Shown here piece by piece: positions 9,401 to 18,715 of a stretch of DNA of 64,000 bases. The stretch lies in NCBI GenBank assembly GCA_023150835.1, contig JAKLKB010000024.1, positions 4,534 through 68,533 of the forward strand, given 5' to 3'. Source of the stretch: Myxococcota bacterium (GTDB lineage Bacteria; Myxococcota_C; UBA6777). The position numbers were made by a program, and so were the translations under genes. The notes under the pieces were generated by a model, which was not told the origin of the DNA, made no database searches, and was given only the letters and a program-made list of their open reading frames with translations. Position 1 is the stretch's first letter. Every line of letters starts with the position of its first letter.

Positions 9401-9593
9401 TGATCCGCCCGTTGTGTGCGACCTATGTAGGGGCAGCCCCCTGTGGCTGCCCAATAAAAGGGCGTCTGCGTAAAGATGTAGGGGCAGCCCTCTGTGGCTG
9501 CCCAATAAAAGGGCGTCTGTGTAAAGATGTAGGGGCAGCCCCCTGTGGCTGCCCAATAAAAGGGCGTCTACAGCAGATCGCACCTACCCTTCC
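9401..9593 (+). repeat. Three GTAG-type REP hairpins at 51-bp period in a degenerate family B context
   Basis: GTAGGGGCAGCCC(C/T)CTGTGGCTGCCC at 9427, 9478 and 9529, each followed by AGGGCGTCT. Confidence 0.9.
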
Positions 9594-9617
9594 CTATCAA
9601 AAGAAGGAGGCGTTTCG

Positions 9618-10316
9618 ATGCGTTTGTTTGTATTCGTGAGTTTGTTTGGCCTTTTGCTTGCCAAGGTGGAGATGTGTTCGACCCATCCATCGCTACCCGC
9701 TGAAGTGCGTGCGGAAACACCCGCCCAAGAAGACAAGTATGCGATCCCACCGCTGCCGCGTGTTCCAAACGGCGCAGAAGTGGCGATCTTTGCGGGCGGA
9801 TGCTTTTGGTGCGTCCAACCTCCTTTTGACAAACAAAAAGGCGTGCTTGCCACAAGCGTCGGATTCACGGGCGGCAGCGAAAAGAACCCCACCTACAAAG
9901 ACGTTGCCTACGGGCGAACCAGCCACACCGAAGCCTTGTTTGTGGTGTACGATCCAAAGCAGGTCACTTACGAAAAACTCTTGGATATCTTTTGGCGACA
10001 GATCCAACCCAACCAAAAAAACGGCCAATTTGCCGATATCGGGACGCAATATCGAACGGGGATTTTTTATACAAACGCGGCCCAACGCCGCGCCGCTGAA
10101 GCCTCGAAAAAAGCCATCGCTGCGAGCGGTTGCTTTCTTGCCGATATCGCCGTCGAGATCTCCAAGGCCACCCCGTTTTATCCCGCAGAAAATTACCATC
10201 AAAAGTATTATCAAAAAAATCCTTCACATTATCTGCGCTACAAGATCGGCTCGGGGCGAGCAGGTTATCTCGCCGCTCGCTGGACAGAAAAAGGCTGTCG
10301 CCCCCTCCCCAAATAA
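9618..10316 (+). CDS. msrA: Peptide methionine sulfoxide reductase A with N-terminal signal peptide
   Basis: FAGGCFWC, NPTY..V, HTEA, GQF.DIGTQYRTGIF, FYPAENYHQKYY. Confidence 0.95.
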   Translation: MRLFVFVSLFGLLLAKVEMCSTHPSLPAEVRAETPAQEDKYAIPPLPRVPNGAEVAIFAGGCFWCVQPPFDKQKGVLATSVGFTGGSEKNPTYKDVAYGRTSHTEALFVVYDPKQVTYEKLLDIFWRQIQPNQKNGQFADIGTQYRTGIFYTNAAQRRAAEASKKAIAASGCFLADIAVEISKATPFYPAENYHQKYYQKNPSHYLRYKIGSGRAGYLAARWTEKGCRPLPK

Positions 10317-10364
10317 GCACAGCGTCGGCGCTCGTTTCGACAGATGGGGCGTTTCTTTGGGGTG

Positions 10365-10478
10365 ATACGATATCCTGATGTTGCGAGATCGAGTTCGGGG
10401 ATGCTCGCGAATCGATCAAGTCCAATCATCGGGGGTTTATACCGATCCGCTTGATCATGTATTGAGCGGATTTCGTAG
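10365..10478. mobile_element. Family B MITE (114 bp), no internal REP
   Basis: ATACGATATCC ... GGATTTCGTAG termini, between convergent msrA and HEAT genes. Confidence 0.6.
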
Positions 10479-10486
10479 GATGTCGT

Positions 10487-12808
10487 TCAGCGCTTGGCAG
10501 GTTGTGGCAAAGCCCGATGTTCCGAATGGGTGGCTGGGTCTGCGGCTTTGGCTACCACAAGCCGCTTGAGAGCCAACGCCGCGCTAACGCGTACTTCGTT
10601 ATCTGTGTCCTCAAGAACCTCCTTCAACGCGGAAAGCACTTCTTTGGAACCCACCCCCACCTCGCCCAAGGCTTTTGCTGCGTTCTTGCGAACCAAACCA
10701 TCTACGTCGCTGAGGGCGAAGATCAGCGCAGGGATCGCCGCACGAGCTTCTCCCTTCATCTTGCCCAGCGCCACGGCTGTATCGTGGCGCAGTTTGTTCT
10801 CCGCGTCCTTGAGGAACCGAACCAAGGTCGGGATCGCTACACGAGCTTCCACACCTATCCCACCCAATGCCTGCACAGCATTTCTGCGAACCTCCCCGCC
10901 CTTGCGTCGAAGAGTTGAAAGAAGCAACGGCACCGCCGCCACCCCCATCTTCCCCAAGGCCCACACGATATCTCGGTGAACCCAACTTTCCCCGTCCTCA
11001 AGCCCCCGAATCAAGGCTGGAATCGCTTCTTTGGCTCCCACTCCCATCTTCCCCAAGGCCAAGGCCGCTCCCTTACGAGCGAAACTCTTTTTGTATTTGA
11101 GCGTCCGAATCAAGGCTGGGAGCGCGGCTTTTGCTTTTCCTCCCATCTTACCCAAAGCTAGGGCCGCATGATAGGAGACGACGCCATCTTTATCCTTGAG
11201 AGTTCGAATCAAGGCAGGGATCGCAGAAGTGGCCTCAACGCTCATTTCCCCCAAGGCTTCGGCCACATCCTTACGAACCCCGCTATCCTTGTCTTTGAGT
11301 AACCGAATCAATGTAGGGATCGCGGCTTTGGCTTCCGCCCCCATCTTCCCCAAAGCCCTTGCCGCGCTCCTGCGAACCCAGTAATCCCCATCACCGAGCG
11401 CCCGAATCAAGGCCGAGAGCGCAGCACGAGCCTCCGCTCCCATCCCAACTAACGCCTTCGCTGCATTCCAACGAACATCGCTATCCGTGTCTTGTAGGGC
11501 TGCGATCAACGTCGGAACCGCCAACCCGCCGATCATTCCTAACGCCGATGCCGCGTACAAGCGAACGAAGCGATCTCTGTCCTTGATCGCCTGAGCCAGA
11601 GCAGGGATCGCCACATGGGCCTCCCTTCCGATCCTTCCCAACGCCTGTGATGCACTCAAACGAACGTTGTTATCCTTGTCTTGGAGAGCCTGAATCAGCG
11701 CAGGGAGCGCCGATCGAGCCTTCCTTCTCATACCCCCCAACGCAAAGATCGCAGCGTCACGAACATCGCTCTCCGTCTCGTTCAGCAGTCGCAACAGCAA
11801 CGGCATCGCTGCATCGGCCTCTGCCTCCACCCCGATTTGCCCCAACGCAAAGGCTGCTTTTTTTTGGACATCCTTCTCTTTGTCTTGGAGAGCACGGAGC
11901 AGGGCTGGAATGGCTGCCTTCGCTCTTGCTTTCATCTCGCCTAGAGCCTCCGCTGCACCAACACGAACCTTTTTGTCCTTGTGTTGGAGGGCCTTGATCA
12001 GCGGCGCAACCGCTTCCTCGCCCATCAAACCCAAGGCCCAAACACCTCCCCTGTGATCGTCGCTGTTTGGGCTTTGAAGGAGTTCGATCAACAGCGGTAT
12101 CATCCACTCGCCCATCTTCCGCAAGGCCAAGGCTCCACGAACGCGGATCTCGCGATGCTTTCCTCTAATTTGATCAAGGAGGACAGGCAGCGCACCTTTG
12201 GCCGCCACACCCATCTTCGCTAACGCCTCCGCTGCCTCCAAGCCCACGTCGCGTTCTGGATCATCAAGAGCCGTGATCAGGGATGGGATCGCCTTCGTTC
12301 CTATTCGGCCCAAAGCATAGACCGCGCCCTTACGGACCAGACGTTCATGGTTCTTGAGTGATTCGACCAAGACAGGGAGTGCCGCATCTGCCGACTCTCC
12401 CATCAAACCCAAGGCCCACACAACACGAGCGCGAACCTCCCCGTCTTTGTCCTTGACTGCTTGAACGAGCGCTGGGAACGCTGCACGAGCCTTCGGCCCG
12501 ATCTTTCCCAACGCCCATGCTGCATACGAACGCACAGAGCGATCCCTGTCCTTGAGCGCCCGAATCAGCGCTGGGATCGCCGCTTTCGCCTCTTTTCCCA
12601 TCCTCCCCAAGGCCCACGCTGCGTTTACGCGGGCTGAACTCTTCTTGCTCTGAAGTTGTTTTTGTAGGCCGATAATTCGGTCGGTATTGCCCGCGTGAAC
12701 TTTGGGGGAGAGGATAGTCAAGAGCCAGACAGCCACAAAAATTCGCCATCCTTGCTCCTGCATCCTCTTCCATCGTCTCGTAAAAATCCGATGCGTCGTG
12801 CTTTCCAT
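10487..12808 (-). CDS. Exported HEAT/PBS-lyase repeat protein
   Basis: More than 20 repeats like AIPALI.ALKD.D..VR..AA.ALG.MG. Signal-like segment ending VHA. AGGAG RBS upstream of ATG 12808. Confidence 0.92.
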   Translation of the reverse strand: MESTTHRIFTRRWKRMQEQGWRIFVAVWLLTILSPKVHAGNTDRIIGLQKQLQSKKSSARVNAAWALGRMGKEAKAAIPALIRALKDRDRSVRSYAAWALGKIGPKARAAFPALVQAVKDKDGEVRARVVWALGLMGESADAALPVLVESLKNHERLVRKGAVYALGRIGTKAIPSLITALDDPERDVGLEAAEALAKMGVAAKGALPVLLDQIRGKHREIRVRGALALRKMGEWMIPLLIELLQSPNSDDHRGGVWALGLMGEEAVAPLIKALQHKDKKVRVGAAEALGEMKARAKAAIPALLRALQDKEKDVQKKAAFALGQIGVEAEADAAMPLLLRLLNETESDVRDAAIFALGGMRRKARSALPALIQALQDKDNNVRLSASQALGRIGREAHVAIPALAQAIKDRDRFVRLYAASALGMIGGLAVPTLIAALQDTDSDVRWNAAKALVGMGAEARAALSALIRALGDGDYWVRRSAARALGKMGAEAKAAIPTLIRLLKDKDSGVRKDVAEALGEMSVEATSAIPALIRTLKDKDGVVSYHAALALGKMGGKAKAALPALIRTLKYKKSFARKGAALALGKMGVGAKEAIPALIRGLEDGESWVHRDIVWALGKMGVAAVPLLLSTLRRKGGEVRRNAVQALGGIGVEARVAIPTLVRFLKDAENKLRHDTAVALGKMKGEARAAIPALIFALSDVDGLVRKNAAKALGEVGVGSKEVLSALKEVLEDTDNEVRVSAALALKRLVVAKAADPATHSEHRALPQPAKR

Positions 12809-12861
12809 CGAATGTTTCTCCTTTGGTAGGCGAACCCTGATTAGAAACCTCACGGCTTGGC

Positions 12862-14343
12862 CTAAATCGGTGTGATCCAAAGGGCAGAAGTGGGATGGTG
12901 GCCTTCAACGATATCGCGGGTGAGCGTCAGGGTGCGGATGCCTTCTCGCGAAGGGATCTCATAGAGGATATCGAGCATGAGCTCTTCGAGGATCATGCGC
13001 AATCCGCGTGCGCCGACTTTTTGGCGCAAGGCTTTTTCCGCGATGGCATCAAGGGCTGCCGGTTCAAAGACAAGCTGGACGCCTTCAAAGGACAACATCT
13101 GCTTGTATTGGGCGACGAGGCTGTTTTTGGGTTCCGTCAAGATCCGCACCAGCGCCGCATGATCGAGCGGATCGAGTGTTGCGCATACAGGCAACCGCCC
13201 GATCAACTCGGGCAACATCCCGTAGCGAACGAGGTCTTCGGGCAAGACTTGTCGGAGTAGATCGTCGGTGGATACGACCGATGCAAGCAGATCGCCGATC
13301 GCTTGTTCTTGCCCTGCAAGGCGGCGAGCGATGATCTCTTCAATGCCTACGAAGGCTCCACCACAGATGAAAAGGATGTTGGATGTATCGATCTGTACGC
13401 CCTCATCGCCTGATTGGCTGCGCCCCCGTGTACCCGGCAGGATGGCGCTTGTACCTTCGAGCAGTTTGAGCAGAGATTGTTGGACGCCTTCACCGGAGAT
13501 ATCCCGTGTGGCCGAAGCGGAGGGCTTTCGAGCGATCTTGTCGATCTCGTCGATGTAGAGGATCCCCCGTTCGGTTCTTTGCTTGTCGCCTTCTGCCGCT
13601 TGGTAAAGCCGCGTCAACATCTGTTCGACATCTTGGCCGACGTAGCCCGCTTCGGTCAGCGATGTCGCGTCGGCCATCGCAAACGGAACATGCAGACTGC
13701 GCGCAAGAGATTGTGCCAACAGCGTCTTTCCTGTGCCGCTTGGCCCGATCAACAGCACATTCGATTTGTGCAGTTCAACCCCGTAAGCAGGGCGCTTTTG
13801 CATGTATTCCACACGGTGATAATGGCTGTACACGGCCACCGCAAGTTTCTTTTTGGCCTGTTCTTGGGCGATTACATACCGATCCAGAAACTCCTTGATG
13901 GCGCGTGGGGTCGGAGCGTAGCCACAAGGGCGCTTTGGCAACGGAGGCGCGGAACGCACAGACGAAGAAGGCTCCTCGTGTATCGGTTGCGAAAGCGGCG
14001 TAGGCTCCTCGTGTATCGGTTGCGAAAGCGGCGTAGGCTCCTCGTGTATCGGTTGCGAAAGCGGCGTAGGCTCCGCGTGCATCGGTTGCGAAAGCGGCGT
14101 AGGCTCCGCGTGTATCGGTTGCGAAGGCGGCGTAGGCTCCGCGTGTATCGGTTGCGAAGGCGGCGTAGGCTCCGCGTGTATCGGTTGCGAAGGGGAGGGA
14201 TGGAGGGGGGGGCCATCGTCGGGGGTCAAAGAGCGAAGGGTGAGCGGGTGGTTGTCCGCATCTTGCGCGATGAAGGGTTGGATCGATCGGGCTTCGGAAG
14301 ATGCAGGAAAATGCACGCGTCGATGAGGGGCGATATCCTTCAA
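12862..14343 (-). CDS. Atypical ClpX paralog (AAA+ ATPase) lacking the N-terminal zinc-binding domain
   Basis: [58 protein letters not shown]. Start uncertain: TTG 14343 chosen, frame is open to 14550. Confidence 0.85.
   Translation of the reverse strand: MKDIAPHRRVHFPASSEARSIQPFIAQDADNHPLTLRSLTPDDGPPLHPSPSQPIHAEPTPPSQPIHAEPTPPSQPIHAEPTPLSQPMHAEPTPLSQPIHEEPTPLSQPIHEEPTPLSQPIHEEPSSSVRSAPPLPKRPCGYAPTPRAIKEFLDRYVIAQEQAKKKLAVAVYSHYHRVEYMQKRPAYGVELHKSNVLLIGPSGTGKTLLAQSLARSLHVPFAMADATSLTEAGYVGQDVEQMLTRLYQAAEGDKQRTERGILYIDEIDKIARKPSASATRDISGEGVQQSLLKLLEGTSAILPGTRGRSQSGDEGVQIDTSNILFICGGAFVGIEEIIARRLAGQEQAIGDLLASVVSTDDLLRQVLPEDLVRYGMLPELIGRLPVCATLDPLDHAALVRILTEPKNSLVAQYKQMLSFEGVQLVFEPAALDAIAEKALRQKVGARGLRMILEELMLDILYEIPSREGIRTLTLTRDIVEGHHPTSALWITPI
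13969..14192. repeat. 33-bp coding tandem repeat x7 (SQPIH(A/E)EPTP(L/P))
   Basis: Units start at 13969, 14002, 14035, 14068, 14101, 14134 and 14167. Confidence 0.95.
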
Positions 14344-14453
14344 TGTTCGGAGCCTTTCGTTTGGGTGGGGTGGTGGGCGATTTGATCCGTTGCCGATCCC
14401 GAATGTACGACAGTAGGTGGTTTGAGCCGAGTGTACGACAGTGGGCGATTTGA

Positions 14454-14548
14454 GCCGTTGTCGAACCCGATCGTACGATAGTGGGTGGTTTGGGCCGTTG
14501 TCGAACCCGATCGTACGATAGTGGGTGGTTTGGGCCGTTGTCGAACCC
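14454..14548. repeat. 40-bp tandem repeat just downstream of the pyk stop codon
   Basis: GCCGTTGTCGAACCC at 14454, 14494 and 14534, with degenerate copies back to ~14360. Confidence 0.9.
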
Positions 14549-14552
14549 AAGG

Positions 14553-16031
14553 CTACAACATCAGCGGCGACAAGACAGGGACGGTGTGGGGTTGTTCGGG
14601 GGGGCCGCCTGTGACGTAGAGCAAGAATTCCCCTTCGGTGGAGATGTGGTGTTTTTGGGCGAGGGTGGCGGTCAGTTGATAAGGGTCGTCAAATTGTTCG
14701 GGTGAGACCTGTGTGGTTTGGACGCCCCAACACAACGCAAGACGGCGACAGATCGCGGGATCGGTTGCGGCGGCAAGGATGGGAGCGGCGGGGCGTTCAC
14801 AAGAGATCATCACAGCGGTTTGTCCTGTGTGGGCGGGGACGATGATCGCACGAACGGAAAGCTCGCGAGAGAGTTGTGCGGTTCCACGGGCGATGGCTTC
14901 GCTGATCTGGAGGTCGCGGGTTTTTTGGCTGGTGGCGGGGGTGGGGTGCTTGACAAGGTCGCCGAACTGGCTTTGTTGCCATTGATGCCCTTCGACCATA
15001 CGCAGCACACGGCCCATCGTCTGGACGGTTTCGATGGGGTAGAGTCCCGAGGCGGTTTCTGCGGACAACATCACCGCGTCGGAACCCGCCATCGCAGCGG
15101 CTGCAACGTCCGTCACTTCAGCACGAGTCGGGCGAGGGCTTTGGATCATCGACTCCATCATCTGTGTTGCGACGATGACTTGGCGGTTGGCTTCGATGGC
15201 TAGGCGGATCATGCCTTCTTGGAGTAGGGGGACTTCTTCGGCGGGCATCTCTACGCCCAGATCGCCGCGTGCGATCATGATGCCTTGCGAAACTTCGAGG
15301 ATCGGACCGAGGTTTTTGACCGCCTCAGGCTTTTCGATCTTGGCGATAATCGGGATATCCACCCCTTCTTCTTTTAATAGAGCTTGCAGATCAAAGATAT
15401 CTTCAGGGCGGCGAACAAATGACAACGCAAAGTAATCCACCCCCAGCCGAGCCGCAAAACGAGCATCTTCTCGATCTTTTTCTGTGAGCGCTGGCGTAGA
15501 AAGCGAAACTCCCGGAAGATTCAACCCTTTGCGATTGGTCAACCTCCCTCCCACCCGCACCACGCAATGGATCTCGGTCCCTTCGACCTCGCGGACTTCC
15601 AGCATCATCTTTCCGTCGTCCAACAGCATCTTGTCGCCCCGCCCAACATCTCCCGCAAGTGCCGCATACTCCGAAGGAATCAGCCCTCTTTCACCTTCAA
15701 CGGGCCGCACCGTCACAGTCACCGCTTCGCCTTTTATCAGATCGATCCCCCCCTCTACAAAATGCCCAACGCGGATCTTGGGACCGCACAGATCCGCCAA
15801 GATCGCAACATGGCAGCCTTTTTGCGCGCTGATCTCTCGGATCCGATGCAACACTTCGGCGTGCTGTTCGTGCGTTCCATGCGAAAAGTTCAGGCGAAAC
15901 ACATCCACCCCCGCCTCCACAAGCTCCGCAAGGACCGCTGCTTCGCGGGATGACGGACCGACCGTTGCGATGATCTTGGTGCGGCGATGGATCAACGCTG
16001 TGCGCGATAAATCGAGTGCAAGAGGTCTCAT
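14553..16031 (-). CDS. pyk: Pyruvate kinase
   Basis: RRTKIIATVGP, RLNFSHG, IIAKIEK, IMIARGDLGVE, ATQMMESM, RPTRAEVTDV, MLSAETA. AGGAG RBS before ATG 16031. Confidence 0.97.
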   Translation of the reverse strand: MRPLALDLSRTALIHRRTKIIATVGPSSREAAVLAELVEAGVDVFRLNFSHGTHEQHAEVLHRIREISAQKGCHVAILADLCGPKIRVGHFVEGGIDLIKGEAVTVTVRPVEGERGLIPSEYAALAGDVGRGDKMLLDDGKMMLEVREVEGTEIHCVVRVGGRLTNRKGLNLPGVSLSTPALTEKDREDARFAARLGVDYFALSFVRRPEDIFDLQALLKEEGVDIPIIAKIEKPEAVKNLGPILEVSQGIMIARGDLGVEMPAEEVPLLQEGMIRLAIEANRQVIVATQMMESMIQSPRPTRAEVTDVAAAAMAGSDAVMLSAETASGLYPIETVQTMGRVLRMVEGHQWQQSQFGDLVKHPTPATSQKTRDLQISEAIARGTAQLSRELSVRAIIVPAHTGQTAVMISCERPAAPILAAATDPAICRRLALCWGVQTTQVSPEQFDDPYQLTATLAQKHHISTEGEFLLYVTGGPPEQPHTVPVLSPLML

Positions 16032-16081
16032 CCGAATGACTCCTTTGGTTGAAGAGGCCAACCGTTGATAAGGCGCGTATG

Positions 16082-16508
16082 GGGGCCTGCCCCTACGAAA
16101 CACCGTGTGATTTCCAATACGTAGGGGCAACCATGTGTGGTTGCCCTGTTGCTGGGGTTCGTTCAAAACGTGTGATTCCCAACACGTAGGGGCAACCCCC
16201 TGTGGTTGCCCTGTTGTTGGGGTTCGTTCAAAACAGACGGCGATGAAGAGGTCACCGACGCAACAGATCGAGGGCAGGCACACCTGTCTGCCCCTACGAA
16301 GCACCGTGCGATTTCCAATACGTAGGGGCAACCATGTGTGGCTGCCCTGTTGTTGGGGTTCGTTCAAAACAGACGGCGATGAAGAGGTCACCGACGCAAC
16401 AGATCGAGGGCAGGCACACCTGTCTGCCCCTACGAAACACCGTGCGATTTCCAACACGTAGGGGCAACCAGGTGTGGCTGCCCTGTTGTTGGGGTTCGTT
16501 CAAAACAG
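16082..16508. repeat. BIME/REPIN-like array of inverted GTAG-REP pairs
   Basis: GTAGGGGCAACC at 16121, 16186, 16322 and 16458 (136-bp period for the last three), alternating with inverted AGGGCAGGCACACCTGTCTGCCCCTAC. Confidence 0.9.
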
Positions 16509-16550
16509 ATTCCTCGACCCTCCGGTGTTTCCGCCTTAACAAGGCGCGTA

Positions 16551-16671
16551 TGGGGTCTCACCCCACGCCCCACCATAGAGCTTTGCCCCCTTGACCCCGT
16601 ATCGGCGAAGCGAGCATCGTTCTTCACACAAACGACTCGGTCGCTTGAAACAGCGCGAACACGGGGGTTTT
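16551..16671 (-). repeat. Family A element, copy 3
   Basis: TGGGGTCTCACCCCA..CCCCTTGACCCCGTATCGGCGAA..GCTTGAA..CGCGAACACGGGGGTTTT. Confidence 0.85.
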
Positions 16672-16723
16672 ACCCCACCGCGTGACACTTATCCAACACA
16701 GGAAATGAGGACGGGAATCTGAT

Positions 16724-17170
16724 ATGGCGATCTACTTTTACGCAACACGCGGAAAATACGGCTGTTTCTCCAACTTTTCGCGTCACCCGATCCAGATCGA
16801 CGGAAAGGTCTGGCCCACAACCGAACACTACTTCCAATCACAGAAGTTCGCTGGAACCGCGTATGTCGAGCGCATCCGCCAAGCCAAGACGCCCACCGAA
16901 GCCAAAAAACTCGCGTGGAAAAGTACAGCTCCTTTCCGCGCAGATTGGGATGCGATCCGTGACGAAGTGATGCGGCGTGCCGTGTTTTGCAAGTTTTCCT
17001 CCCACCCCGATCTGCGCGAGATCTTGTTGTCCACAGGTGACGAAGTGCTGATCGAAAATGCGCCCGAGGATGCTTATTGGGGCTGTGGAGCCGATGGCAA
17101 CGGTGAAAACCGACTCGGCAAGATCTTGATGGAAGTTCGTGAAGCACTACGCGCCGAAACCATCGACTGA
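16724..17170 (+). CDS. NADAR family N-glycosidase (YbiA-like)
   Basis: FSNF, WPTTEHYFQSQKF, RADW, KFSSHPDL..LLSTG..LIE, D.YWG.G..G.GENRLGKILM.VR. Confidence 0.93.
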   Translation: MAIYFYATRGKYGCFSNFSRHPIQIDGKVWPTTEHYFQSQKFAGTAYVERIRQAKTPTEAKKLAWKSTAPFRADWDAIRDEVMRRAVFCKFSSHPDLREILLSTGDEVLIENAPEDAYWGCGADGNGENRLGKILMEVREALRAETID

Positions 17171-17268
17171 TACGAAATCCGCAGGGCGCGTGACCGCAAA
17201 ACGTAGGGGCAGAACCCCGTATCTAACACTCAGTTAGAACCCCGTACTTGCCCAACGATAGGGCGTCT
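17170..17268 (+). mobile_element. Family B element, left TIR plus degenerate REP (right TIR not seen)
   Basis: TGATACGAAATCCGC overlaps the NADAR stop codon; followed by GTAGGGGCAG and AGGGCGTCT. Confidence 0.6.
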
Positions 17269-17300
17269 TCATCGTTTCGAGCAGGGTTTTTGCGCCAAGT

Positions 17301-18080
17301 CTAGGGGGCGGAGAAGCGGACTTTTGCGCCCCAAGACCAATCGTTGTGGTAGCCTGCGATCGGGCGGAAGGTCGCACGGGGAAGATGTTTGGCGAGGTTT
17401 TGGGCATGCTCGAAAGGGATCACTTCGTCTCGTTGCGCGGCAAATATCTCGATCGGACCGCGATAATCTCGAAGTGATGCGATATTGTCCCAATCATCGC
17501 GCAACAACCAGCGCACAGGCAAAAACGGCAAGCGTCGTGCGGCCACGTCTGCAAGCCGATCATACGGCACCACCAGCGTGATCTTGTCCGGCGGAGGCGA
17601 TTGCGCCGCAAGGAAGGAGGCTGCGCCGCTACCGATCGATTCGCCCACCACACAGATCGGGTGTTTGGGATAAGTGCTGCGCAACAGCTTGTAAGCTTCG
17701 ATCGCGGCTTGATCAAAGGCGGTGCGTGAGGGACTTCCTTTGCGTTGACCATAGCCGGGATATTCGAGCAAGTAGACCGTGTCTTCCGCAGGAAACGAGG
17801 GCATCGCATACACCCGATCTGCTGCTTGGCCTGCATTGCCGTGCATCATCAACCAGATCGCTTTTGGGGCGGGGCGTTGACGCACAAACCCGATCACCTC
17901 TTCGCCGTTCTTCCAAGGCATCAGCGCGTGGGTTTGGGTGTGGTGCGATGGGAAAAACAACAGCTTTCGTTGAATTGCGGTGATCATCAGCAACAAAGCT
18001 CCATACACACCGACCGTCACAATGAGACTGCGAACAAGCCAATGTTTGGTTTGAGGGGACTGCACAGACGACTCTTGCAT
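17301..18080 (-). CDS. Alpha/beta hydrolase with N-terminal membrane anchor
   Basis: QRKLLFFP, HGNAG, EYPGYG, GESIG nucleophile elbow, DEVIP, HND. Confidence 0.9.
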   Translation of the reverse strand: MQESSVQSPQTKHWLVRSLIVTVGVYGALLLMITAIQRKLLFFPSHHTQTHALMPWKNGEEVIGFVRQRPAPKAIWLMMHGNAGQAADRVYAMPSFPAEDTVYLLEYPGYGQRKGSPSRTAFDQAAIEAYKLLRSTYPKHPICVVGESIGSGAASFLAAQSPPPDKITLVVPYDRLADVAARRLPFLPVRWLLRDDWDNIASLRDYRGPIEIFAAQRDEVIPFEHAQNLAKHLPRATFRPIAGYHNDWSWGAKVRFSAP

Positions 18081-18206
18081 GGGTGTTCCCTTGGGTTGGG
18101 AGCGTTGGTGGAACAAGTGCGATGGTTCTTTGATGGGGCGCGACGCCATACTCCGCAAGGTCTTCTTTTGTGGGAAGTGCTCTTTTACAGAGAGCTACGC
18201 CCTTAA

Positions 18207-18261
18207 TCCCCCCTCGCCTCCGCAGCGCAGCGTCGCGGGGAGAGGGGCAGGGGGTGAGGGG
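18207..18261 (-). repeat. GC-rich REP-like palindromic unit (CCCCTCACCCCCTGCCCCTCTCCCC type)
   Basis: Single copy in the window; resembles the common bacterial CCCTCACCCC...CTCTCCC repeat class. Confidence 0.4.
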
Positions 18262-18302
18262 TAAGAAGAGCGCGAATCCTCTTTTGATCAGGCTGCTTCT
18301 TG

Positions 18303-18509
18303 GCAAAGTAGGATGCGAGCATCCTCTCAGGTACGTTCCTTCGTGCAAAGTAGGATGCGGGCGTCCTCTCAAGCACGTTCCTTCGTGCAAAGAAGGATGC
18401 GGGCATCCTCTCAGGTACGTTCCTTCGTGCAAAGTAGGACGTGGGCATCCTCTCAGGTACGTTCCTTCGTGCAAAGTAGGACGTGGGCATCCTCCCGAGT
18501 ACATTCCTT
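18303..18509. repeat. 42-bp tandem repeat x5 with internal AGGATGC..GCATCCT hairpin
   Basis: Units start at 18303, 18345, 18387, 18429 and 18471; only point differences between units. Confidence 0.95.
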
Positions 18510-18541
18510 GCCTACAAGCCAAACAGCACGGACTTGTAGGC

Positions 18542-18662
18542 AAAAACCCCGTGTTCGTGCTGCTTCAAGCGAGAGAGTCGTTGGTTTGAAACCCCTGTGC
18601 TCTGTTCGCCAACAAGGGGTCAAGGGGCGATAGTCCCTTGCGGGGTGTGGGGCAGCGCCCCA
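18542..18662 (+). repeat. Family A element, copy 4
   Basis: AAAAACCCCGTGTTCGTG..TTCAAGCGAGAGAG..GGGGTCAAGGGG..CCCTTGCGGGGTGTGGGGCAGCGCCCCA. Confidence 0.85.
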
Positions 18663-18715
18663 TCAACACTATCCAACCACGTAAGTCCGATACACACAAA
18701 GAAAAAAACAGTGCG

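Noticed and set aside
9427..9570. REP triplet as a CRISPR array
   Set aside because: Intervening sequences are near-identical, there are no unique spacers and no cas genes. The same applies to 19629-19760 and 55710-56074.
14344..14550. Extreme N-terminus of the ClpX paralog
   Set aside because: It spans a 40-bp-period repeat (not a multiple of 3) and has no RBS, so it is probably non-coding.
16032..16457. N-terminal extension of pyruvate kinase in the ORF track
   Set aside because: It is translated REP array; a strong RBS supports ATG 16031.
18303..18509. 42-bp arrays (also 61812-62002) as CRISPR or guide arrays
   Set aside because: Units differ only by scattered substitutions, with no variable spacer segments, and no nuclease or Nop-domain gene is recognisable nearby.
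17713..18543. 276-aa minus-strand ORF
   Set aside because: Composed of translated tandem repeats and overlaps the hydrolase in another frame.
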